DNA of 64,000 nt from a virus, in the IMG/VR virus record IMGVR_UViG_3300032285_004073, positions 64,001-128,000 of that record; one strand, written 5' to 3'. Positions 54,853 through 63,700 of this stretch are shown one piece after another (positions within the stretch are counted from its first letter, which is position 1; the number at the start of each line of letters is the position of its first letter). Below the pieces are notes generated by a model. The model was not told the origin of the DNA, did no database searches, and saw only the letters and a program-made list of their open reading frames with translations. Position numbers and translations under genes: made by a program.

Positions 54853-55308
54853 ATTCAAACTTTCGTCCCATACCCTGATTTTGTAGAGTCTGTTAAGTGC
54901 CTAGACATGAGACGTCTAGGGAAACAAAGAGCTGAAGTATACGGATTGCTTCGGTCTTTTGAAATGGATCCAGAACAAGACAAGAAGCTTGGATTTAGAG
55001 ATCCTAATAAATGGATGTGGTGGGGTCATTTCAATCAATTGATTGATTATGGTATTGCCGCTTGTGATGAATGGATCTCTCGAGGATATAAAGATACCTG
55101 TAGAGAGAAGATAGCAGCTTACAGAGATGTTTTTTCAAAGAATAATGAACTTCCTTTTTGGTTTGGTAATGCCAAAGTGCATTATTCACATCAATGTGTT
55201 TTGTTGAAAAAGGATCCGGAACATTATAGTAAACATTTTCCCTTTGCAGACCCTAATCAAGGTTATATTTGGCCAGACTGCAGACATAACTTCTATTGGT
55301 ATAAGTAA
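54853..55308 (+). CDS. Pyrimidine-dimer DNA glycosylase/DenV-related protein (MSMEG_6728-like), probable ATT start
   Basis: The open frame upstream of ATG 54907 reads IQTFVPYPDFVESVKCLDMRRLGKQRAE, matching the family N-terminus MQTFLPYPDF..S...LD.RRLGKQRVE; later PFWFG..VH.SHQ..LLKKDP..Y. Confidence 0.75.
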   Translation: MQTFVPYPDFVESVKCLDMRRLGKQRAEVYGLLRSFEMDPEQDKKLGFRDPNKWMWWGHFNQLIDYGIAACDEWISRGYKDTCREKIAAYRDVFSKNNELPFWFGNAKVHYSHQCVLLKKDPEHYSKHFPFADPNQGYIWPDCRHNFYWYK

Positions 55309-55314
55309 TAGACA

Positions 55315-55764
55315 ATGGATTTTAAGAGTTATTATAATTTGAATGAAAATGTAAACAAATTTGATATTAATTGGCAAATAGTTCGCACTGATGCCAGAGA
55401 TATTAAAGACGTATCAGAAAAAATTTCTTTTGTTATGAAATTTTTAAATGGTCATCCTACAAAAGAAAACTACGGAAGAGTTCATAATTGGCTCCGAATG
55501 ACTAAACTTGGTTATAAATCAGAACCAGAAAAAGCTCAAGAATTTGAACACGCTCTGGATCACATAGAAAACAATAAAGAAAAATATTCCTCACAAGAGG
55601 AACAAGGTGATATATCTTCTATTGATACTTCAAAACTTTTAAAAGTTTATAAAGATTTAAAGAAAAGAAAATATGGATTTCAGATTAAAACAGTACCCAA
55701 AGCACATACAGATTTTCTTCTAAAATTAGAAGATGAACTTAAAAAAAGAAAAATTAATCTTTAA
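55315..55764 (+). CDS. Hypothetical late protein
   Basis: Begins MDFKSYYNLNE; TATAAGTA upstream. Confidence 0.65.
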   Translation: MDFKSYYNLNENVNKFDINWQIVRTDARDIKDVSEKISFVMKFLNGHPTKENYGRVHNWLRMTKLGYKSEPEKAQEFEHALDHIENNKEKYSSQEEQGDISSIDTSKLLKVYKDLKKRKYGFQIKTVPKAHTDFLLKLEDELKKRKINL

Positions 55765-55775
55765 TATTATTTCTG

Positions 55776-56255
55776 TCATAATTGAGGATCTGTACCCTCA
55801 ATTAGTTCTATCTTTTCTCTTTTAGACGTTTTGTCATATAATTTAGACATTACTTCGTCTCGAGTTGCTATTAATACGTTGGTAGTAGCCGGTTTAAGAC
55901 TTTTAACAGCAGTAACTTCCATCTGTTTAAGTTCTTTATCACTTTTAATTTGTTTATTCTGAAGATTAATTTTATTTAAGCTATCTAAAGCCTTGGTAGT
56001 AGCATTAATTAAAGATGCTAGCGCAGCAATTTCTTGAGGATTTTGTCCTGTAATGACGATGTCTTTCAAAGAATTGACCGCATCTAACCCAGCTTCTATA
56101 TTTTCTGTAGTCTTTTTAAGAATATATTCATTAACATTATCATCAGTAACCTGTTCTTGTGGAACTATTTCTCTGCTTTGTATGTGTGGAGTGCTTGGTA
56201 TAGAATCTGCTCTTAACTGCTCTACAATAGCATCTATTTCATTATTAGAATCCAT
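55776..56255 (-). CDS. gp16: Terminase small subunit (T4 gp16-like)
   Basis: Helical pattern ENIEAGLDAVNSL...PQEIAALASLINATTKALDSL and TTNVLIATRDEV resemble gp16. Confidence 0.65.
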   Translation of the reverse strand: MDSNNEIDAIVEQLRADSIPSTPHIQSREIVPQEQVTDDNVNEYILKKTTENIEAGLDAVNSLKDIVITGQNPQEIAALASLINATTKALDSLNKINLQNKQIKSDKELKQMEVTAVKSLKPATTNVLIATRDEVMSKLYDKTSKREKIELIEGTDPQL

Positions 56256-56256
56256 G

Positions 56257-56284
56257 TTGATTTATTATACACTTATATTAAAAT
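56257..56284 (+). promoter_or_regulatory. Sigma70-like promoter TTGATT-N16-TAAAAT
   Basis: 6 nt upstream of ATG 56291. Confidence 0.65.
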
Positions 56285-56290
56285 ATAGCA

Positions 56291-56467
56291 ATGACAACGA
56301 AAATACTTATTGAAAACGGTGGAGAATTTCATATTCCCCATGAAAAAGTTGCAGAATTGATTAATTGGTTAAATCACGCTCAGGCAATTCGCACGACACC
56401 AAAAACAGAGCAAGTCAAAGAAATTATTAACAATCAATTTACTGGAAAAGAATTGATTAATGGTTAA
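56291..56467 (+). CDS. 58-aa hypothetical protein (below the ORF-track cutoff)
   Basis: MTTKILIENGGEFHIPHEKVAELINWLN...KELING*; fills the gap and has its own promoter. Confidence 0.7.
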   Translation: MTTKILIENGGEFHIPHEKVAELINWLNHAQAIRTTPKTEQVKEIINNQFTGKELING

Positions 56468-56476
56468 AATACCTTT

Positions 56477-56926
56477 ATGGACGAATTTAAAATAGAACCG
56501 ATAAAGATACACTTTATCAAAACACATCCCGATGCAGTTCTTCCTTCCAAGAAGAATGTTAACGATACGGGATATGATCTTACAGCAGTTGAAAATGTTA
56601 CCATTCCAGCTAAGGGTGCAGCTGTAGTTCCTACAGGATTACAAGTAGCAAAGACGGAAAGAGGTTTATGGTATTTAATTTTACCAAGATCTGGTATGGG
56701 ATTCAAACATAGCATTCAACCGCATTTAGGTGTTATTGATAATGGATATAGAGGAGATTTAGCAGTAAAGCTTTATAACTTTTCAGACATTGATTATAAT
56801 GTTAATAAAGGAGATCGCATAGCGCAGATAGCTTATTTTCCTTTATTGTGTATTGAATCATTTTGGGCTACAGAAACAGAAACAACAGATCGCGGAGATA
56901 ACGGATTCGGCAGCTCAGGAAATTGA
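56477..56926 (+). CDS. dut: Trimeric dUTPase
   Basis: GYDL, LPRSG, GVIDNGYRGDL, GDRIAQ, RGDNGFGSSG. Confidence 0.95.
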   Translation: MDEFKIEPIKIHFIKTHPDAVLPSKKNVNDTGYDLTAVENVTIPAKGAAVVPTGLQVAKTERGLWYLILPRSGMGFKHSIQPHLGVIDNGYRGDLAVKLYNFSDIDYNVNKGDRIAQIAYFPLLCIESFWATETETTDRGDNGFGSSGN

Positions 56927-57864
56927 TGACAAATCATTACGAAAAACTTTGGGTTGAGAAATATCGTCCTAAAACATTAAAGGATATTATTCTCTCAGAA
57001 GAGAATAGAAAGCATTTTGAAACCCTCGGAGAAGATACTCCTAATATTCTTTTCCACGGTTCGCCAGGAACTGGCAAAAGTACTTTAGCAAAAATTATTG
57101 TTAATGACATTCTTAAATGCCAATATCTTTATATTAATGCTTCGGATGAAAGTGGAATTGATACTATTAGAAACAAAGTCATTAGTTTTGCCCAGACACG
57201 TTCAGTAGATGGTAAGAAAAAAGTAGTAATATTAGAAGAAGCAGATGGTCTTACAGGAGATGCATTACGCATTCTTCGCAATGTTATGGAAGAATATGTC
57301 GACACTACTCGTTTTATTCTTACAGCTAATTATCTTAATAAGATAATAGAACCTATTAGATCCCGTTGTTTGCTTTTCAAATTACAACCCGATGTTTTAG
57401 ACTGCGTATCAAGAGTAGTTGATATTATCAAAGCAGAAAATATAACACTAGACGCTAGTGTTAAGTCTAAATTAGTAGAATGGACAAGTAATAGATATCC
57501 AGATCTTAGAAGAATTATTAATGATCTTCAAAAATGTTCCGTCACAGGAACCTTAACATTCTCAGAAGAAAATTTAGTGTCAGATCTCGCTGGGTTTATT
57601 ATAAAGGGATTGACAACTGCTAAGATATCAGCTTTAGATCTCAGGAAGAAAGTTATTGAATCTGAAAAAACGTTTAATAATGATTACCAAACACTTTTAA
57701 AACAAATATTTGATTATATCTATGATTCTGATTTACCAGAGAAGGAAAAGAAAATACTCCTCGTAGACACTGGAGAATATCTTTATAGAGATAACTTTGT
57801 TCTAGACCATGAAATTAATTTCTTTTGTTGTCTTCTTGCTATGGAAGCTTCTTTAAGAAATTAA
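56923..57864 (+). CDS. gp44: Clamp-loader large subunit (T4 gp44/RFC-like)
   Basis: LWVEKYRP, GSPGTGKST, INASDE, LEEAD, IIEPIRSRC. Confidence 0.93.
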   Translation: MMTNHYEKLWVEKYRPKTLKDIILSEENRKHFETLGEDTPNILFHGSPGTGKSTLAKIIVNDILKCQYLYINASDESGIDTIRNKVISFAQTRSVDGKKKVVILEEADGLTGDALRILRNVMEEYVDTTRFILTANYLNKIIEPIRSRCLLFKLQPDVLDCVSRVVDIIKAENITLDASVKSKLVEWTSNRYPDLRRIINDLQKCSVTGTLTFSEENLVSDLAGFIIKGLTTAKISALDLRKKVIESEKTFNNDYQTLLKQIFDYIYDSDLPEKEKKILLVDTGEYLYRDNFVLDHEINFFCCLLAMEASLRN

Positions 57865-58424
57865 GCGTAACGTTTTTCAAATGCTCCAGAAGCTGGAATA
57901 GAAGTATTTTTAGTAGGTAAAGATTGATCTTTCGGTCTATTGCCTAAAGCCCCAAAATCATTTTTTAATTCCTCCGGTTTAGACCCAATGGGTTGTTCAT
58001 ATTTATTAGGAACACCTTGGACCGGTGGTAAATTATTACCAAAACGCAATACTTCAATATATTTTAAATCTCCAGGAACCTCAAATTCATTAAATTCTGT
58101 AGGATATTGAACAGTTCGAGGATCACATTTTAAAACTAATACAACATTATTAGAACCGGCAATACTATTTGCATCTTTAGCATTAGCATTATTGGAATTG
58201 CCATTTACTTCACTAATAAAGAAAAAGGTATCAGGGTTTTGTTGTAAAATGTTTTGAATCCAAGAATGGAACAATTCATCTGTTTCATATCTTTGTTTAT
58301 AGAAATCAGACTTAAAAAACTCTGGTCTGAGTTTTACTGGTGTTCCGGTGCGAAAACCTCCGTTTGTATAGTGGGCAAAGGCTCTTTCACATAAGGTTTC
58401 GAATTTATTGAATTTTTGACTCAT
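57861..58424 (-). CDS. Hypothetical late protein
   Basis: Begins MSQKFNKFETLCE; TAAATA upstream. Confidence 0.65.
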   Translation of the reverse strand: MSQKFNKFETLCERAFAHYTNGGFRTGTPVKLRPEFFKSDFYKQRYETDELFHSWIQNILQQNPDTFFFISEVNGNSNNANAKDANSIAGSNNVVLVLKCDPRTVQYPTEFNEFEVPGDLKYIEVLRFGNNLPPVQGVPNKYEQPIGSKPEELKNDFGALGNRPKDQSLPTKNTSIPASGAFEKRYA

Positions 58425-58443
58425 AGATATTGTATGTTAGACC

Positions 58444-58453
58444 TAAATATTTA
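58444..58453. promoter_or_regulatory. Palindromic bidirectional late promoter TAAATATTTA
   Basis: TAAATA on both strands between divergent late genes. Confidence 0.55.
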
Positions 58454-58461
58454 CCTCCGAC

Positions 58462-58968
58462 ATGGCAACTATTCACATAGATAATTTAATTAACCCTCGT
58501 CAAGTTAATTCAAAGGCTACAGTTTTGACTCAACCTAATAAACCAACTGTAGCTGTTTATACAGATTTACACTTAGATTTATCCGAAATTTATAATATTG
58601 GAATAGGAACAAATCCACAAAAATCTAATGATATTAAAGTAGATAATGATGCAGCTGCTATAAAAAATTCTTTATATAATATTTTTACAACTATTCCCGG
58701 ACAAAAAATATTAAATCCTTCTTTTGGTTGTAATCTTAATCAATTTGTATTTGAAGAAGTATCTGAAATTAAAGGTAAAATAATAGGTGATACTATTTTA
58801 AATGCTATTAATGTCTATGAACCCAGAGTTCAAGTCCTAAATATACAAGTATATCCTTTACCAGATCAACTGATGTATTACATTATTATGTCATATCAAA
58901 TGGTTGGGATAGCTAGCACATTTTCAACGCAAATACAAATATTTCCAAATAATATCTTAATAGTATGA
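58462..58968 (+). CDS. gp25: Baseplate wedge protein (T4 gp25-like)
   Basis: AIKNSLYNIFTTIPGQKILNPSFGCNL..FVFE, YEPRV. Confidence 0.9.
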   Translation: MATIHIDNLINPRQVNSKATVLTQPNKPTVAVYTDLHLDLSEIYNIGIGTNPQKSNDIKVDNDAAAIKNSLYNIFTTIPGQKILNPSFGCNLNQFVFEEVSEIKGKIIGDTILNAINVYEPRVQVLNIQVYPLPDQLMYYIIMSYQMVGIASTFSTQIQIFPNNILIV

Positions 58969-60764
58969 GTAACATCCCTTCCACACCAAATGATTATGTA
59001 GCCTTTGATGCTACTAATATTAGCGATTTAATAATCAATCGTTTAAATCAAGGTCAGGTATTCACTGATCAAAATTATCAGGGATCTAATATGTCTGCTA
59101 TTATAGACATTATTAGTTATTCTTTTAGTACCTTATTATTTTATCTTAATAAAACAGCTTCAGAAAGTCTTTTTTCAGAAGCTCAGGTGTATGAAAACAT
59201 GAATAGAATTGTTAAACTTTTAAATTATAATCCTCTTGGTAGAATTACACAAAACGTACCTTATACTTTAAACTCTTCATCTTCCTTACCAGCTGGGAAC
59301 TATATAATCCCTCGTTACAGTTATATAAAAGTAGGAGCTGATACGTATTCATTTAATACAGACATAGCTTTTACAAATTCAGCAAACGGAGTAATTGAAT
59401 TACAAAATGTAAATTCTGATTTTTTCCTTTACCAAGGCCAATTTCAAGAATATCCTATATATTCGGCTCAAGGAATTAATAATGAAATACTTTATATTAG
59501 CTTGGGATCTGACACTTATGTAGACCATTTTAATTTATTTGTTTATGTTAAAGATGTAAACACCGGATTATGGACTCAATGGAAACAAACTCCTAATTTA
59601 TTTTTAAATAAATCCACAGATAAAAATTATGAAATAAGATTTAATGCAAATAAAAATTATGAAATTAAATTTGGTGATAATATTAACGGATCAGCATTAA
59701 ATGATGGCGACAAAGTCTTGGTATATTATTTAAATATAAATCCAAACGCTACAGCATTAGCAGCCAATACATTAAACAAATTACCAATTGCTCTCTATAA
59801 TAGTGTAAATTACAATCAAATTTTAAATAACACTATTTCTAACCCAACATATATAATACCTCAAAATTATTTAAAATATGTAACTATTAATAATGATTAT
59901 CCTTCTAATCCTTATTCTGAAGAGGAAAGCGTTGATAGCATAAGAAATAACGCACCTAAAAATTTTAGTTTCCAACAAAGATTGGTCACAGCTAATGATT
60001 TTCAATCGTATATAAATTCAAATTATGCTCATTTATTTGCCAATAGTTCCGTAGTTAATAATGACGATTATTTAAGTGGCCATATAAAATATCTATATAA
60101 CATAGGTATAGATTCTCCGCAATCTGATAATAATATTTTATACAGCCAAATTAAATTTGCGAATAGTTGCAATTTTAATAATGTATACGTTTATCTTGTT
60201 CCTAAAAATTCCACACAACAATACGTAGCAGCTTCGCAAAAGGAATTTATAATATCTGAACTACAAGAAAAAAAGGTTTTAACATCAGAAGTTGTGATTA
60301 TAGATCCGGTTTATATGGCTTTAGATTTCTATGCCAAATCACCTTATTCTAAACCTTCAACTAATGACATTAATAATAGTAAACTTTTAATTTACAAACA
60401 ATCTCATAGTAGAAGATCTCCAGCTGGGATTCAAGCTGATGTAATAGCTTTAATTAAAAAGACATTTAATAATCAGACATCGACATTAGGTCAAATGATT
60501 GATTTGCATAAATTGACAAATGATATTTTAAATATTGATGGAGTAGATCATATTCAAACATATAGAAGTGATACAGATTCTTATGCAGAAGGTATTTCCC
60601 TTTTAGTTTGGAATAATTCTTATCCTCAATTAGACGTTTATACAACATCTCAAAATATACAATTACAATACTTTCAATTTCCAGTATTTAATAACATAAA
60701 CAATTTAATTAATAGAATTCAAATTGTTGATAACAGTGGTGTAATTCAAGTTTCGGATTACTAA
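58965..60764 (+). CDS. gp6: Baseplate wedge protein (T4 gp6-like)
   Basis: FTDQNYQGSN, SEAQ, YEIKFGD, ESVDSIRNNAP, QRLVTANDF. Confidence 0.9.
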   Translation: MSNIPSTPNDYVAFDATNISDLIINRLNQGQVFTDQNYQGSNMSAIIDIISYSFSTLLFYLNKTASESLFSEAQVYENMNRIVKLLNYNPLGRITQNVPYTLNSSSSLPAGNYIIPRYSYIKVGADTYSFNTDIAFTNSANGVIELQNVNSDFFLYQGQFQEYPIYSAQGINNEILYISLGSDTYVDHFNLFVYVKDVNTGLWTQWKQTPNLFLNKSTDKNYEIRFNANKNYEIKFGDNINGSALNDGDKVLVYYLNINPNATALAANTLNKLPIALYNSVNYNQILNNTISNPTYIIPQNYLKYVTINNDYPSNPYSEEESVDSIRNNAPKNFSFQQRLVTANDFQSYINSNYAHLFANSSVVNNDDYLSGHIKYLYNIGIDSPQSDNNILYSQIKFANSCNFNNVYVYLVPKNSTQQYVAASQKEFIISELQEKKVLTSEVVIIDPVYMALDFYAKSPYSKPSTNDINNSKLLIYKQSHSRRSPAGIQADVIALIKKTFNNQTSTLGQMIDLHKLTNDILNIDGVDHIQTYRSDTDSYAEGISLLVWNNSYPQLDVYTTSQNIQLQYFQFPVFNNINNLINRIQIVDNSGVIQVSDY

Positions 60765-60769
60765 AATAG

Positions 60770-63700
60770 ATGCAAGCTACTCAGGATCCATTAATATTAA
60801 ACGAATCAATTTATTTTGATTATTCCCCTCCTCCTACTTTTTCTGGGCATTATAATAGGCATCCTTTTAGAATTCACATAACATCTTCTCATAGCGATCA
60901 ACATATTATTTCTTTAGATGCAAAATATTCAAGATCTTACAACCCTCAACCTAATCCTAATAAATGGTCTTTTTTAAGACCTGAATATAGATTTTTAGAT
61001 TTAAGTGGCAATAAAATTAATTACATAACCACTCAAGATACACCATTTTATATTGGTTCAGACGGTAATTTAAATAATGTTAGCGGAACCTTTATTGGTG
61101 TTAGTGGGTTTGCGGAATTTTATTTTATAGATGATATTTATAATTTTGACTTAGCCATAAACAATCAACCTTATACTACTATTATAGCTACTCTACAAAC
61201 AAGTGGTATAAATTATTTTTTCAATAACAATGAATATATTTCTACCTCATATGCCAATAGTTTAGCAACAGCATATCAACCTCATATTTTTTATTATCGA
61301 AATCCAGATTATATAAAAATATCAGAAAATGGCGGTAGAGATTTTATTAACCCAAGATGGTCTGCCACAACACAACCAATTGTGTTTACTCTTAATTGGA
61401 ATGGAAATTATATCTACAATGATGTAAACATACCAACCTATAATGAACCTTATAATTTTTGTCATTATTTCCCCAATTCTCAAAATCAACAAATACAAAT
61501 TAAAGCTAATACAGTTGGCGTAAGTTCCAATTTTAATGATAATCTAGTAATATCCTATAGTAATAAAGATGGTTATCGTTCTCAGAGTTATTGTAAGACA
61601 TATTTTAATATACCCAATAGTCAAACATCTCTCGGAGCTTATATTACAGCATCTGTTAATTTTGATTCTGGTCTAGATTTTACTGGAAATGCGTTTAGTC
61701 CCAAGATTTGGATATCAAATCCTAATGCTGGTACAGTGACTATTGCTGAGTATAATGACCCTAGCATTTTTAATACTACAGATCCTAACTTTACATCGAC
61801 TCAATTTAAAAATTTTAATGTACCTATTGTTATAAATCCAGATTATACCAAAGATAATTTTTCCACAATAGGATTTCATGGCATTAATAGTATAGCAGTT
61901 TTACCTCCTCCGGATTTTAAAGCATGGGCTTGTGACGGTGAATTAAATTACCTTTACAAATTTTCCACAGAGGGAAGTATAATTTCTGCAATTGATATTA
62001 ACCAAATAGTAAAAACACAAAAATTAGGTTTCTTTGTAGAAAATCAAGTTTCTCCAGCTTCTATTACATTAGATAGCAATCTTAATATTTGGATGACTTT
62101 ATATGATACAGCATCTGTTTTAAAATTAGATCCTAATGGAAATTTCTTATTTGCTTTAAACCCATTATCATCCATCAATTATACACTTCCTCCTAATATA
62201 AATTATAATTGGTATCTCTACAATGAAATGCAGCCATTATCTGGTGAGGTGCAAAACTTTATTGAACCTACCTATGTTGAAACAGATTTAAACAATAATA
62301 TCTGGGTAACATATTCCAATTACGCTAGTGGATTTTTAATAAAATATGATACCAATGGCAATTTACTTAAAACTATTAGTTATCCAGTTCTTTCAAGTCC
62401 ACAAGATTTAGTAGTAGATAATGCAAATAATGTATGGGTTGCATTATCTAATAACTCTGGTGACACTTTAGGCACTTTGGAAAAAAGAAATTCCTTTGGA
62501 GTATTACTAAGCTCCTTTGGAAATATTACTGGATTGAATAATTTGACTTTAGATTTAAATCAAAATATTTGGTTCACATATTCATATTCTAGAATAGCAA
62601 CTATAGATAATAACACCGCAAATATAACAACAATTAATGTATCAGATTATGATAATACACCTTTAGTAATTCCGAGAGACAACAATTCTCAAATATTTTA
62701 TTCCTCATCACCTCAGACCAAAATAGTATCCAATAGTATTAGTAACATCAACAGAATTATTTATAGCCTTTCAGATGTACCTGCAACAACACCAAGTGGA
62801 ACTATTGCCAATTCCTCTTATACAACAGCTAGCCAACAAATTTTAGCAGCAAAGGCTCAGATTCAGCAAGCAGTTATTAACTATGCGGTGACTAATTACC
62901 CAAATGCCATGAGTAATAATCCAACTCTTACAGCGTATTGCTACAGAGATACTGGATTTATAGTAGATGCATTAGCTGCGGACATAGCCAATAATACAAA
63001 TCATCGATCAATTGAAGTGGGTAATTTTTACTACAAAGGTGTAACAAAAAATGTTAATGTACCTTATGGACAATTAATTCTGCCTTCTTACGAATTATCA
63101 GCAACAATAAATTCTATTAATTACATTGCATCTTATATTAATTCCAATGTAGTTACAGATACTTCTAGAAAAACTGATGTGACATCACGTATGGCTGATG
63201 TAGTATACCCTCTTCAAACCGGAGGAGCTTTAAAGGCATATTCTCCTGCTGGATCACCTACTACAGACGATATTAATATAGCCAATCTTATAGCTGCTAA
63301 TAGATCTGCCCTTCAAGATAAAGTTTCTTATTATGTAATACAAAAGGGATATTTGTTTGATAGTGCTCTTTTACAAATTTGTAAAAGAGATGTTGGGTTG
63401 ATTGTAGATGCTATATACAATGATCTAGTATCCGGAGTCAATGCTAGGTCTATAGAATACGGCTTGGCATATTGGAATGGAAGCACTACAAGATTGCCAG
63501 ACAGTCTTGTACCTAATCATAAAGAAAAAACAACAGATACATTTAATTATCTTAACACTTGTATTAAAGATCTTTTAGTTGCTAATGGGTATTTACAAGA
63601 CACAACACCTTCTCCTTACAATATATATGCAGATAAAGGATTAACTGTACCAGATGAATATACATCAGAAACAGCTTTGGAAGGTATAGCTGCCGATTAT

